Positions 27,166 through 37,786 of a stretch of 64,000 nt of DNA are shown piece after piece. The stretch is taken from positions 1-64,000 of the forward strand of contig JAFPWF010000017.1 of the NCBI GenBank assembly GCA_017395085.1, given 5' to 3'. Source of the DNA: Oscillospiraceae bacterium. Its GTDB lineage: Bacteria > Bacillota > Clostridia > Oscillospirales > Oscillospiraceae. Below the pieces are notes generated by a model. It was not told the origin of the DNA. It saw nothing but the letters and a program-made list of their open reading frames with translations, and made no database searches. Each line of letters starts with the position of its first letter. Position 1 is the stretch's first letter. The position numbers and the translations under genes are program-made.

Positions 27166-29487
27166 GTGTACGGATATGAGTGGACTGAAGAGTACGGAAT
27201 ATTCCGTTTAACAATAAATGCCAAAGTTCAGAAAGAGATAAGACCTGTCTTCCATGAGGAACTAGATTTCTTTGGCATGGATCAATTTTGGAATTATCCA
27301 AAAGACACAGCTGCTCCTTTGTTATGGGCAGAAGGTGTTCGTAGATATATTTATAATGGAGAATGTGTAGCGGAGGCACAGGGAGGCGGAATATATAATA
27401 AGCCTAAGATAGTCCGTTATACAGAGGAAAGGCTGCAGTTAAAGCCAGTTGATGTCAATAGACTTTATGAGATCAACGAGCCGTTTATGGTTAGCCTTGA
27501 ACAGAAAGCAATTCATTTTATTCAGGAGCAATATGAAAAGTATAGACTAAAGCAATATGCTTTTATATGTGCTTTCTCAGGTGGTAAAGATTCCATATTA
27601 CTATTAGATCTGATTTCAAAAGCGTTAGCGCCAAGCGACTTCTATGTGGTTTTCAGCAATACAGGAATGGAGCTTAGCGATACATTAGAAGCAATTCGAA
27701 GAGCGCGAATCCATTGGTCAGAGTTGCGCTTTGAAGAGGCAAAATGCCATATGGAACCGACCGAAACATGGAAAGAAATAGGTCCGCCTGCAAGCCATTT
27801 GCGTTGGTGTTGTTCTGTTCATAAATCCGTACCAACTGTGCTGCTGATTCAAAATCTGGTGGGCAGAAACAGTAAAGTAGTTGTTTTTGACGGGGTACGT
27901 GGTGAAGAGAGTATTCGGCGTTCAAGATATGAAGAAGTCGGGGAAGGCGTTAAGAATTCAATCCAAATCAATTGCCATGCAATTTTAAAGTGGTCTTCAG
28001 CTGAAGTATTTATTTATCTGTTAAAGAATCAATTACTTTTTAATGATGCTTATAGACGTGGTATTTATAGGGTTGGTTGCAAAATCTGCCCAATGTCTTC
28101 TAAATGGCAAGATGCTCTAATCGCTGCTAATTATCCAGATGAAGTTGCAGATTCAATTCAACAGTTGGAAGAGATTACGGTTTATGCTAAAGGTCGTCTT
28201 GATAAAAAATACATAGAAGATGGTGGTTGGCAGTCCAGGGTAGGAGGAAAAATACTAAAACAAGGCGAAAACAGGGTACAAGAGGAGATTGATGGAGAAA
28301 AGCTTATCTTCAACTTAGTTCATTCAAGACAGAACTGGTTGGATGTTCTTCCTGTTTTTGGGAATGTTGTCGAGAAAAAAGAAAATGAGTATATGCTTCA
28401 TACAAAACACGGCGTATTTGAAATGGAGTATAGTGATATTGAGGGAACACAGACAATAATAATATCACCGTTTTCAAAGCTAGATCGATATGCCATTGGG
28501 GCATTACGTTCGCTTACAAATAAAACCGCATATTGTATCGGCTGTAATTCTTGTATTCCGCAATGCCCAGTAGGTGCATTTCAAATAATCGACGGAAGAA
28601 TAAAAATAAGAGAGTCCGCATGTATCCATTGTTATAATTGTTGTTATGCAATAGATCGTGGGTGCATGGTTGCAAAGAGTCTACATGTAAAGGGTGATAA
28701 TGTGGCTAATCCAGATAAATACCGCAATTTCGGATTTAGACAGGCATTTTACAGTCATTTTTGTGATAATGGCATCCAATGTTTCGAAATGGAAGTGTTG
28801 GGTAAAGATCAGTATAAAGCACTCAAACAATGGCTTGCTGAAGCAGGTGTATTGAAGAGAACACAAAAAGGGAATAAAGAGATTATCAATGCTGAATTGA
28901 CAGAATTAGGCGATAAACTCATTAGTTTTGGTCCGTATAATCCGTTCCCGTGGTCAATTATGTGGGCTAATCTTGCTTATAATTCTATTGTTTCTCGTAG
29001 TTTTTGCCTTAACGTAGATGTTGGAGAGACCTTTGATAGCGGTTTTCTTGTAAATTGTCTGGATAAGGATGTCGATGAAAAGTATAGAAAACAAGCGGTT
29101 AATTCCTTGTTGTCCACATTTAGAGATTCCCCAATTGGTGGAGCGATAAATCAGGGAATTAGTATTGATAAGAACTTGTATCTTCGCGCTGGTTGGGAGT
29201 ATCCGCATGCGGTGGCTTTGCTTTATGCGTCGTATCTCTATGCGGAGCATACAGGGCGCAGGAGCTTTACATTTACTGAACTGGTGAATGCGAAGAAGAA
29301 CTTCGATGCGCCCGGTATCTCGCCGGCAGATATTTATGCGATTGATGTGAAAAAGTTCCGGGAGATTGTGCAAGGCCTGGCGCTACAGTTTCCGCAGTAT
29401 ATCAGAGTTTCATTTGTGGCAAATCTGGATAATATCATTCTTGAAAAATATAGCTCATTAGAGATACTGGATCTGGCGGAAGAGTAA
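27166..29487 (+). CDS. brxP: BrxP-like PAPS-reductase/PP-loop ATP-pyrophosphatase (DndC-like) fused to a 2x[4Fe-4S] ferredoxin-like domain
   Basis: PP-loop motif SGGKDS (FICAFSGGKDSILLLD). CIGCNSCIPQCP and CIHCYNCCYAIDRGC cluster motifs. 773 aa. GTG start with an AAAGGAG RBS. Confidence 0.7.
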   Translation: MYGYEWTEEYGIFRLTINAKVQKEIRPVFHEELDFFGMDQFWNYPKDTAAPLLWAEGVRRYIYNGECVAEAQGGGIYNKPKIVRYTEERLQLKPVDVNRLYEINEPFMVSLEQKAIHFIQEQYEKYRLKQYAFICAFSGGKDSILLLDLISKALAPSDFYVVFSNTGMELSDTLEAIRRARIHWSELRFEEAKCHMEPTETWKEIGPPASHLRWCCSVHKSVPTVLLIQNLVGRNSKVVVFDGVRGEESIRRSRYEEVGEGVKNSIQINCHAILKWSSAEVFIYLLKNQLLFNDAYRRGIYRVGCKICPMSSKWQDALIAANYPDEVADSIQQLEEITVYAKGRLDKKYIEDGGWQSRVGGKILKQGENRVQEEIDGEKLIFNLVHSRQNWLDVLPVFGNVVEKKENEYMLHTKHGVFEMEYSDIEGTQTIIISPFSKLDRYAIGALRSLTNKTAYCIGCNSCIPQCPVGAFQIIDGRIKIRESACIHCYNCCYAIDRGCMVAKSLHVKGDNVANPDKYRNFGFRQAFYSHFCDNGIQCFEMEVLGKDQYKALKQWLAEAGVLKRTQKGNKEIINAELTELGDKLISFGPYNPFPWSIMWANLAYNSIVSRSFCLNVDVGETFDSGFLVNCLDKDVDEKYRKQAVNSLLSTFRDSPIGGAINQGISIDKNLYLRAGWEYPHAVALLYASYLYAEHTGRRSFTFTELVNAKKNFDAPGISPADIYAIDVKKFREIVQGLALQFPQYIRVSFVANLDNIILEKYSSLEILDLAEE

Positions 29488-29506
29488 ATCGGAAGGAGCT
29501 CATAAA

Positions 29507-32500
29507 ATGCCTACTGAAAAATACAACAGTTATCTGGAAATCAATCCGGCATTTGAGTCTGTCGTTGATATTGATGCAGATAAGCGTAATGTCAATTTGT
29601 GGCGGGAGTATATCGTTGGCGATGATATGGTTACGCTGGTGGATTTCCTTTGCCAGTCATTAGGTAATGAAGCGCCGGATCTGCGCCGCTCGTTCTGGAT
29701 CCATGGTTCATATGGTACAGGTAAAAGCTATGCCGCCGTGTTCGTGAAGCATCTGATAGAAGAAAAGCCTGAAGTGATTGATGCTTTTCTTGCCGGTTCC
29801 AGCCGCTTGTCACAGTATAAAAACAGGTTTGCAAAATGCCGTCGTAACGGGGATTATCTTGTCGTTTGGAAAACAGGCTGCACTGGGATCCGTTCCGGGG
29901 ATATGATGTTGCTGGAAGCCGAAAAGGCAATTCAGGATGCTCTTCTCGAGAAGTTCGGTGAGGATGCGAATCTGGGCAGCAGTTCTTTGATGGATGCCGT
30001 TAAAGCAAAGCTTTCTGACCGTACGATCAATTGGGACGTCCTTCTTGAGACAACGGTGTTGGGAGAGGATTATTCCAGCGTGGAAGAACTCCGGCATCTG
30101 GTTGAAGTAGGGGATTTGTCTGCGTTGAAGGCAACTGCATCCGTCATCAGACAGAAAGGTATGGGACTGGTCAACAATCTTGAGACCTTCAAAGCCTGGG
30201 TCAGCGATGTCATTGATGCCAACAATCTTTCAAAGAGCGGTATCTTCTTTATCTGGGATGAATTCACGGAGTATGTAGCGCATAGCGATGATCATACAGT
30301 CATGCAGCAGTTGTCTGAGTTCTGCAAAGAAAAGCCGTTATTTATGTTCTTTGTTGTCCATCGCTCTCAGGAAATGCTGGATAGCATGGGGAATGATCGT
30401 TATCAGATGATTACGCATCGCTTCCATCAGGTTGAATTCCATGTCAGTTCGGATGCGGCATTTGATCTGATTGCCGGTTCTATTACCACGAGAAACGGAA
30501 TGGAAGAGGCATGGAAGGAAGATAGAAAACTGGTCATTAAGACGATCAAGCCCTTCCTGCCGGATATGTCCGGACTGGATGACAAAATCAGTGAACAAAT
30601 AGATACGCTTTGCCCGATGCACCCAATGACAATTCGTTTGTTGTCGCGTGTGGCGGAGAGTTTTGCCGCGGCGCAGAGAACAATGTTCCGTTTCATGAAG
30701 GACCGTTCGAGTAATGAGCATGGCTTCCTGGGCTATATCAACAAATATGGGCCCGACGATCAAGCGTGCTGGCTGACGCCGGATTGGCTCTGGGATTATT
30801 TCTTTACCAGAGAAAGCGATTTCAACGACAAGGATACCAAAGCGGCAGAATTCATCCATCATTATGAAGAGAACCGGCATTTGGTTCAAAATGATGAGAA
30901 TGCTCTCAGAGTTTTTAAGGTATCCATGCTTCTTTTGGCGGTAATGTCATCGACAAAGGGTGTTTATGGCGGCACGAAAACACAGGGCGGCATTTCCTCA
31001 ACCGTTGACTGCCTTGTTAACTGTCTTGCAGGCGTCATGTCTAAAGGTCAGGTGAAAGATCTTCTGGATACGTTGAGCGAGAGCAAGCTCATTCTGCAGG
31101 ATGAGGCCGCAAATGGAGTGGTGCGGCTGCAGCTTCCGTTCCGCGGCGGCAGCGATGATGAATACAAAGTGCGCTATGATGCCAATGATAAGAAGTATAC
31201 ACGGTATCAGATGTTTTCTAAGGACGGCGTTTTTGCCCAGGAGATTGAGAAAAAGTCCTGGGATGAAAATGATGCGGCGTATAAGCGCATGAAGATCTGT
31301 GCCTGCTGTGCAGAGACTAATTCCATCAAGACGAGGCTGGACGAAATTCAAAAGGACCTGGCCAAGTTCCAGTATAAACTTGGGCTTCTCATCGTTACCG
31401 TTCGGGATGAAGCACAGTACATGTCAATTCAGAGCGATCTGGCGCAGCGTTCGCGTGAAATGAATGAACCCCGTCTCATGATTGCTCTTGTCAAGCAGCC
31501 GTTTACGGAGGAGGCTCGGAAGAACTGGCTTAAGAGCCTGACAAAGCAGGAAATTGCTTATGCAAGAGGGCAGACAGCCTCTGGCGGTCAGTATAAACAG
31601 GAAGCGGCATCTGGTATTGCCAGGTGGGTTGGTAGTGCAGTTAGCGGCAGTAAGATTATTGCATGGCATGGCGAACAGGTGTTCAACAACCTGTATGGCA
31701 TGGCACATCTTCGCAAGACGGTCCATACGGCGGTTCTTGAAACGCTTTTCCCGTATGCGCCAGAGAGCGTAGTAGTTACGAATACCGCGTATAAGCCCTG
31801 CAACGATTCGGCACCCGCGGCAGGTATTACCCGTCAGACGAATAATGCCCAGTTGAAGAGCGTGCTGAACAGCCTGAAGACGGCGGGGCTCCTTGATCTT
31901 GTTTCAATAGATAAGATGGCTGAAGCTTCCGGGAGTAAAGCGGCAGATTCTGTCAGCCAGCTTGCGCGCATGATTCGCGATTCAATGCAGTCCGGTCAGA
32001 GGGTCGTTTTGGGCGACCTCTGGGAAAACCTGCAGAAGCCGCCGTTTGGTTATTACAACACCATTGCCTGCGGTGTGCTCCTCGGGTATGTGTTCTCATG
32101 TTACAAAGACAGCGCTTACAGTTGGACGGACAATGCCCAGAGTACGCATGTTTTGGGCGAGAATACACTGAAAACAATGGTCCTGAATATGTGCAAAGGG
32201 ACCATGACCACGGATTATCTGTCTGCCGGTTCCGTCACGTTCCAGAAGTTCCGCGAATATGTGAAAAGAATCCTTCATTTAACGGATGCACAGGTCGCAA
32301 ATGAAACGGAGTGCTGGCATAATATGCGTGAAGCGGTGACTAAAGCAGGCGCTCCGCTTTGGACACTGAAGTATTTGCCGGACATGGGTTACGGCGGGGC
32401 TAACTATAAAGATGCTGCAATGAAGATTATCGACAGCATGCAGCAGTTTATTGCCCAGGAAGGTGATCGCGAAGCTGCCATGAACAGCGTTTTGCAGGAG

Positions 32501-33712
32501 TTTAACGGCCGGGGTAAATTGAGATCATCGCTTGAAAAAGCGTTTCACGACAAGAATGTCATGAACACTGCATTCCGGACATTCCTGTTCACGGTATCTC
32601 CCGAACTGAATGAGATTGCCACAAGGCTTTCAGTACAGCCGGAAGAGTTGAGCGATAAGCTGCATATGGTCATGCAGAATGCGATCTACACATGGACAGA
32701 AGACCAGGTCAAAGAAAAACTACCCGATGTCGTAAGCGATTACAGTTATCTGGATACACTTAATGGAGTGATGGGCAAGGTTTATCACAGCACGGATAGT
32801 GCCAAGAGAGATCTTGTCAATGTGTTCAAATTCCTGCGCATATCGTTGGCAGCGATTAAGAAGACAAATGTTGCGTGGTATCCGGCGTTGGAAATCCTGC
32901 ACAGAGTGTCCCAGAAAGGCACTGCACAGATGACAGCCGAAGAGCGGTCTGCAGAGGTCGAAGTGCTGAAGCAGCATGGGCAAAAAGCATATGATTGCCT
33001 GAAAGATGCCAAGCCCGTTCTTGCGGAAGTGCTGGAGTCCGAGGGGATCGAGTGCACAAAACCGGAACTTGACTCGATTTATGCCAATTTGAAGGACATG
33101 CCCTGTGATGCAAGCCTTTCTCAGTTTGAGAAGGAACTGAAGTCTCAGATTAGTAAGATCAGTCACGCGAGAAATAGGGTACTTCTGAAAGAACGCTGGT
33201 TTATTCTTACAGGTGAAGACAGTGTCAAAAACTGGTGTAAAACTCACAGCGTCCCGCTTCTCTGGATTTTAGAACGCGATCAGCAGAAGGCGGTCAGAAC
33301 ATTGATAGAAGTGCAGAACGGGGAAAGAACTCTGGATCAGAACGTGCAGTTCGCTCTCGAAACTTTGGGCACAATGGATACTTCGATTCTTACAGATAAC
33401 GCCCGGATTGAAAAAGCGTTTATAGAAACTGTCGGTGAAGAGTATAGGAGTATTTACGAGGAAGAGCGTGATGTCCTGATTGCACAGGCGAAAATGAAGT
33501 TTGGCAATGATATGAGCGCCTGGAATATCAGTGATCTTGCGGTTCTTCAGAAAATGCTGAAACAGGCGCAGCAGGAAAAGGCCAAGAAAGAAAAACTGGC
33601 AAAGGCAAAAAGCTACGCGGAGGAAATGGATGCGTCCCTGTTGCGCAATCGTGTTGTTGCCTTCATGGAGAATCATCCGGAGTATTGTGACGACTTTACA
33701 AAAGAGCGGTAA
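29507..33712 (+). CDS. brxC: BrxC/PglY-like large P-loop ATPase
   Basis: Walker A GSYGTGKS near the N-terminus. Walker B-like IFFIWDEF. 1401 aa, typical of BrxC. Confidence 0.65.
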   Translation: MPTEKYNSYLEINPAFESVVDIDADKRNVNLWREYIVGDDMVTLVDFLCQSLGNEAPDLRRSFWIHGSYGTGKSYAAVFVKHLIEEKPEVIDAFLAGSSRLSQYKNRFAKCRRNGDYLVVWKTGCTGIRSGDMMLLEAEKAIQDALLEKFGEDANLGSSSLMDAVKAKLSDRTINWDVLLETTVLGEDYSSVEELRHLVEVGDLSALKATASVIRQKGMGLVNNLETFKAWVSDVIDANNLSKSGIFFIWDEFTEYVAHSDDHTVMQQLSEFCKEKPLFMFFVVHRSQEMLDSMGNDRYQMITHRFHQVEFHVSSDAAFDLIAGSITTRNGMEEAWKEDRKLVIKTIKPFLPDMSGLDDKISEQIDTLCPMHPMTIRLLSRVAESFAAAQRTMFRFMKDRSSNEHGFLGYINKYGPDDQACWLTPDWLWDYFFTRESDFNDKDTKAAEFIHHYEENRHLVQNDENALRVFKVSMLLLAVMSSTKGVYGGTKTQGGISSTVDCLVNCLAGVMSKGQVKDLLDTLSESKLILQDEAANGVVRLQLPFRGGSDDEYKVRYDANDKKYTRYQMFSKDGVFAQEIEKKSWDENDAAYKRMKICACCAETNSIKTRLDEIQKDLAKFQYKLGLLIVTVRDEAQYMSIQSDLAQRSREMNEPRLMIALVKQPFTEEARKNWLKSLTKQEIAYARGQTASGGQYKQEAASGIARWVGSAVSGSKIIAWHGEQVFNNLYGMAHLRKTVHTAVLETLFPYAPESVVVTNTAYKPCNDSAPAAGITRQTNNAQLKSVLNSLKTAGLLDLVSIDKMAEASGSKAADSVSQLARMIRDSMQSGQRVVLGDLWENLQKPPFGYYNTIACGVLLGYVFSCYKDSAYSWTDNAQSTHVLGENTLKTMVLNMCKGTMTTDYLSAGSVTFQKFREYVKRILHLTDAQVANETECWHNMREAVTKAGAPLWTLKYLPDMGYGGANYKDAAMKIIDSMQQFIAQEGDREAAMNSVLQEFNGRGKLRSSLEKAFHDKNVMNTAFRTFLFTVSPELNEIATRLSVQPEELSDKLHMVMQNAIYTWTEDQVKEKLPDVVSDYSYLDTLNGVMGKVYHSTDSAKRDLVNVFKFLRISLAAIKKTNVAWYPALEILHRVSQKGTAQMTAEERSAEVEVLKQHGQKAYDCLKDAKPVLAEVLESEGIECTKPELDSIYANLKDMPCDASLSQFEKELKSQISKISHARNRVLLKERWFILTGEDSVKNWCKTHSVPLLWILERDQQKAVRTLIEVQNGERTLDQNVQFALETLGTMDTSILTDNARIEKAFIETVGEEYRSIYEEERDVLIAQAKMKFGNDMSAWNISDLAVLQKMLKQAQQEKAKKEKLAKAKSYAEEMDASLLRNRVVAFMENHPEYCDDFTKER

Positions 33713-33744
33713 TTCTTATTCCATATTACGAGGGGCGTTTGAGC

Positions 33745-36096
33745 ATGACAGTTGATCAGGTAATTCAAGATTTGATGAAGGAAAAACAGCTCGGTGTTCC
33801 TTCACGTTTCCCTTGTCGGGCCATCATGGTCAAGAACATAGAGGATTATTCTGAGTTGCTTTCCAAACTGAACAGAATCCCGGATGTTTCATTTGTCCTT
33901 TCCGCCGATCTGTTTCCTTCTGCAGATGTTATGCCGCGCTTTGAAAAACTGAGGGATGAAAAATATCGCGATCAGTGGTTGATTCTGCCTGGTGTCAGTG
34001 AGTATCTGCGCCTGTTCAATAAAAGCGAAGCGGATACGCAGCGCTTTGCGAAACTGTGGAATGGCCAGGTGCCGGCAACCAGTAAAGGGAGAATTCTGAT
34101 TCCGTTATGGGGCTGCGAAGCTCAGTGGTATGATAAAGCGCTTCATCTTTGTGAAGATGAACGTCAGCTGGACTATTACTATGATTGCATAAACGAAAAC
34201 TCAGAGGAACAGCATCTCAATCTTACCGTGTTGTCCGGCGAATTCGAACAGTATGTTTTCCAGCTTTCTGCCAGAAACAGCAGTATTTGTTTTGGTTTGC
34301 AGGATTGGTACGATTATTGGGCGGAAGCGGACAGGATTCGTGAAGAGCAGATTTTGCTGACGAAACGGTATGCAACGATCCAGCCTACAAGCGGGAGTAT
34401 TCGGATCCGGGTAATCAGCGACAGCCTCTCGTTTATTCGTGAAAATATGCCTGGTGCAGAGATGCTGGATGATGAAGTGTGTCCAAAACAGGCGCAGGAT
34501 TTGCTGTTTGATTACGCACTTCATGACTGCACGCTGGATGATGCGATTCTGGCAATCCTGAATGCCAACAAGTTCGTGGGCAAAGAAGTTATGAGCAAAT
34601 GGAGCATCATGGGCCATGGAGAAAAGTATCTGGTAGTTCTTTGGCTGAAATTGCACGAAAAAGACGATTATCTTTGCCATTGTGTTTCAAAAGCAAAAAA
34701 TGTAGATGATATCCCGGAACATATCCTGCATGATGTTTTTGGTATGTATCGCACATATCCGAAATGGATCGCCGAGAGCCAGGAACTCGTCAATGCCATG
34801 GGCCTTGAAAGAGATGAGGATTACTTCAAAGCCCTGGATGAAATACCGGCATATGAAGACAGACTTCAGTTTCTTTCTGGGAAGGACAGGAACGACAGGA
34901 TATATTTGCTCAGACTTGTCGGCAAATGGCTCCGCTTGGATTCTGATCAGGTGTTTGCATCAAAGGAACTGGCCAGTATGTATCCGGCTCTTTTTGCCTA
35001 TCTTGATGAGTCCGCTTATGACAGCGATCTGAGCAGATATTTCTCGCTTTATAAGGCCCATAAGCTTGAGAATTCCCTTCCAGAAGATGAAGATTTGTAT
35101 TTCAGCGGTATACAGCCAGAGGATTATGATTTCCGATATGCTCAGCTGAGCAGCGAACTGACAGATGATTGCGTTATTCTCTGGGTCGATGCATTGGGCG
35201 CAGAATGGTTGCCGCTGCTTCTTTCAAAGCTGAAACAGGATAAAAAAGGAAAGATTAAGAAGTACGAGGTGGTACAGGCGACCCTGCCTACGGAAACCTG
35301 CTTCAATGATCAGTGGAATCAGATTGATGCACCGTATAAAAAACTGGATCTTCTGGACAAGTTGGCACATAAAGGCGTGATCGATGAGCCCGATTATTAT
35401 ACCTGTATCGAGGAGCAGCTTTCGTTTGTGTCCGGTATTCAGAGGAAAGTCGATGAGCTCCTGAAAGAATACCACCGTGTCATCATTACCGGCGATCACG
35501 GGACAAGCCGGTTGGCAGCACGCTTCTTCCATAAAAGGAGCGGTGCAAGTGTGCCTCATGGTGCAAAGGTTTGCAGTCATGGTCGCTACTGCCAGATACA
35601 GCCACAGACCGTTCTCACTCAGCCTGATATAGTCCTGGTTAAGGATAAAGCGGGAAATCAGTATGCTGTTTTCAATAATTATGATCATTTTATCCAGTCT
35701 GGTTTTGCAGCTGGTGCCGATGATGATAATGCGATTTACGGTGAAGTTCATGGTGGCGCAACGCCGGAGGAGATGCTGGTTCCGCTTATCGTGTTTGACA
35801 GCAATCAGGAGATTCCTCTAAAGGCTGAATGGCAAAGCAGCATGGTCAAGATCATGGCAAAAAAGGCGAAAGCGACGCTGAAGTTTAATCGCCCGGTAAA
35901 CAGTCTGAATGTTAGGATCGGCGCTGTCTTGGGTACAAGTTCGCAGACAGCCGACAGCAGGGTATGGACTGTTGAGTTCCGGGGGGTTGAACCCAAAACG
36001 CATAATGTCACTGTTGCAGCAAACGGAGCTCTTGTTCAGGTTGAGATGCTGACGATTAAACCGGCGTTGGGTGGCGGAGAAGGAGATCTCCCATGA
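33745..36096 (+). CDS. pglZ: PglZ-domain (alkaline-phosphatase superfamily) protein
   Basis: VILWVDALGAEWLPLL metal-site block and ITGDHGTSR motif, characteristic of PglZ/alkaline-phosphatase fold. 785 aa. Confidence 0.6.
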   Translation: MTVDQVIQDLMKEKQLGVPSRFPCRAIMVKNIEDYSELLSKLNRIPDVSFVLSADLFPSADVMPRFEKLRDEKYRDQWLILPGVSEYLRLFNKSEADTQRFAKLWNGQVPATSKGRILIPLWGCEAQWYDKALHLCEDERQLDYYYDCINENSEEQHLNLTVLSGEFEQYVFQLSARNSSICFGLQDWYDYWAEADRIREEQILLTKRYATIQPTSGSIRIRVISDSLSFIRENMPGAEMLDDEVCPKQAQDLLFDYALHDCTLDDAILAILNANKFVGKEVMSKWSIMGHGEKYLVVLWLKLHEKDDYLCHCVSKAKNVDDIPEHILHDVFGMYRTYPKWIAESQELVNAMGLERDEDYFKALDEIPAYEDRLQFLSGKDRNDRIYLLRLVGKWLRLDSDQVFASKELASMYPALFAYLDESAYDSDLSRYFSLYKAHKLENSLPEDEDLYFSGIQPEDYDFRYAQLSSELTDDCVILWVDALGAEWLPLLLSKLKQDKKGKIKKYEVVQATLPTETCFNDQWNQIDAPYKKLDLLDKLAHKGVIDEPDYYTCIEEQLSFVSGIQRKVDELLKEYHRVIITGDHGTSRLAARFFHKRSGASVPHGAKVCSHGRYCQIQPQTVLTQPDIVLVKDKAGNQYAVFNNYDHFIQSGFAAGADDDNAIYGEVHGGATPEEMLVPLIVFDSNQEIPLKAEWQSSMVKIMAKKAKATLKFNRPVNSLNVRIGAVLGTSSQTADSRVWTVEFRGVEPKTHNVTVAANGALVQVEMLTIKPALGGGEGDLP

Positions 36097-36293
36097 GCAG
36101 GAAAAAGGTATGCTGTGATTGCGGCAGGTCGTTAAAAAAAGATGAAGTTGCGCTGACGAAGAAGCTGATTGATATCGATTCGGAAGAATTCTATTGCTTG
36201 GATTGTATGGCCGATTTTATCGGTTGTTCGGTTCAGGATCTGAAAGAAAAAATTCAGGAATTCAAAGAGCAGGGTTGCACCCTGTTCCTGTGA
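36093..36293 (+). CDS. small zinc-ribbon protein, translationally coupled to pglZ
   Basis: 66 aa. CCDCGRS...YCLDCM. The start overlaps the pglZ stop. Confidence 0.4.
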   Translation: MSRKKVCCDCGRSLKKDEVALTKKLIDIDSEEFYCLDCMADFIGCSVQDLKEKIQEFKEQGCTLFL

Positions 36294-36305
36294 CGGAGGG
36301 CTAAT

Positions 36306-37766
36306 ATGCTGGAAGATAAAGTCAGGGAAGTATTTGCTGATATGATTGTTTTGAAAGACCCGCAACGCAGCGAGTATTTTTCAAATCTCAGTATTCCCTC
36401 ATATATGCGCGATTGGCTGGTCATGAAGTTTTCGGATGAAGACGGTTCGATTGACTACGACAGCGTTCGTCGTTATATCAAGCGGTACATTCCGAGTCGT
36501 GAGGACTTCGAGCAGTACAAGTTCCAGATGGTAAATGGTGAAATTGTTCAGTTTCTTGCCCGTGTTCGTGTTTCTGTCGATGTTAAGCGTGGTAAGACAA
36601 TGTTTGAACTGCCGGATTTCGGCGGTTCAAGAGGCGGTGCTGCCGGTGTCGTTGCTTATGATGTGGCTGAAGAGTGGCAGGAAACGCTGCTCCGCGAGAG
36701 CGAAAACTGGGGTATTGTCACATTATCCTGGGTTATGGAGGGGACACCATCCAATCCAAAGGGCGTTATCAGCATGGTAGATTACAGGCCGTTCTGCCCG
36801 TATTCAGTTGATCTGGAAGTTTATCGCGAAGCCCGGCGTGAATTTGACATTCATGAGTGGATTGATACGGTAATCCGGGCTGTGGATTATAATCCGGACG
36901 GTTACTGCGACAAGGATGGCAATGTGAGCGAGGAGACAAAGCTCTTCTTTCTGAGAAGGCTTCTGCCGTTTGTTGAGAAACGGGTTAACTTGATTGAGCT
37001 TGCTCCAAAAGGCACAGGCAAAAGCTACGTTTTTGAAAAAATCAGCAAACGCGGCTGGCTGATCAGCGGTGGTACTGTATCAAGGGCGTCTCTCATTTAT
37101 GATAATGCCAAGAAAACCGGCGGGTTGCTGACACGATTTGATTATGTCGGCTTTGATGAAGTGCAGTCCATCACATTTGAGCAGCCAGGTCAGATCCAAC
37201 AGGCGTTGAAACACTATATGGAATTTGGCGAGATTAAAGGCTTCGATGCCATGCTAACGGCGGATGCGGGCGTTATTGTTCTTGGCAACATTAACGCAGA
37301 TCGCTTTGATATCAATAAAAACATGGTTGAGCATATCAGTGATGTGTTTGGTGAATCTGCAACCTTGGACCGTTTCCACGGGTTTATCCCTGGATGGGAG
37401 ATCCCGAGAATGACTACGGGGATGATCGCCAAAGGCTGGGCGATTAATACGGAATATTTCGCAGAAGTGATGCATGCGCTTCGGGATGATCTGAGTTACG
37501 CGGCTATTGTGGATGAGCTGATTGATTATCCCTCAAACGCAGATAAACGCCATATGACCGCAATTAAACGTCTGTGCACTGCTTTTATGAAGCTTTTGTT
37601 CCCGCATGTTCAATCGGTAGAGGATATTGATAAGCAGGACTTTATCAAGTATTGTCTGAATCCCGCTATAGAGATGCGGTCGGTTATCTACAGGCAGCTC
37701 TGCATTATCGATCCGAAAGAATATAATGTGAAAAGCAAGCAGATACCTGAAGTTGTTTGTGTGTGA
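36306..37766 (+). CDS. brxL: BrxL-like AAA+ ATPase (N-domain + ATPase; appears to lack a Lon-protease-like C-terminal domain)
   Basis: N-terminal MLEDKVREVFADMIVLKD..YMRDWLVMKF resembles the BrxL N-terminus. Walker A APKGTGKS. Walker B YVGFDEVQS. Only 486 aa. Confidence 0.5.
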   Translation: MLEDKVREVFADMIVLKDPQRSEYFSNLSIPSYMRDWLVMKFSDEDGSIDYDSVRRYIKRYIPSREDFEQYKFQMVNGEIVQFLARVRVSVDVKRGKTMFELPDFGGSRGGAAGVVAYDVAEEWQETLLRESENWGIVTLSWVMEGTPSNPKGVISMVDYRPFCPYSVDLEVYREARREFDIHEWIDTVIRAVDYNPDGYCDKDGNVSEETKLFFLRRLLPFVEKRVNLIELAPKGTGKSYVFEKISKRGWLISGGTVSRASLIYDNAKKTGGLLTRFDYVGFDEVQSITFEQPGQIQQALKHYMEFGEIKGFDAMLTADAGVIVLGNINADRFDINKNMVEHISDVFGESATLDRFHGFIPGWEIPRMTTGMIAKGWAINTEYFAEVMHALRDDLSYAAIVDELIDYPSNADKRHMTAIKRLCTAFMKLLFPHVQSVEDIDKQDFIKYCLNPAIEMRSVIYRQLCIIDPKEYNVKSKQIPEVVCV

Positions 37767-37786
37767 TTGTTTAAGGGGAGTTCATT

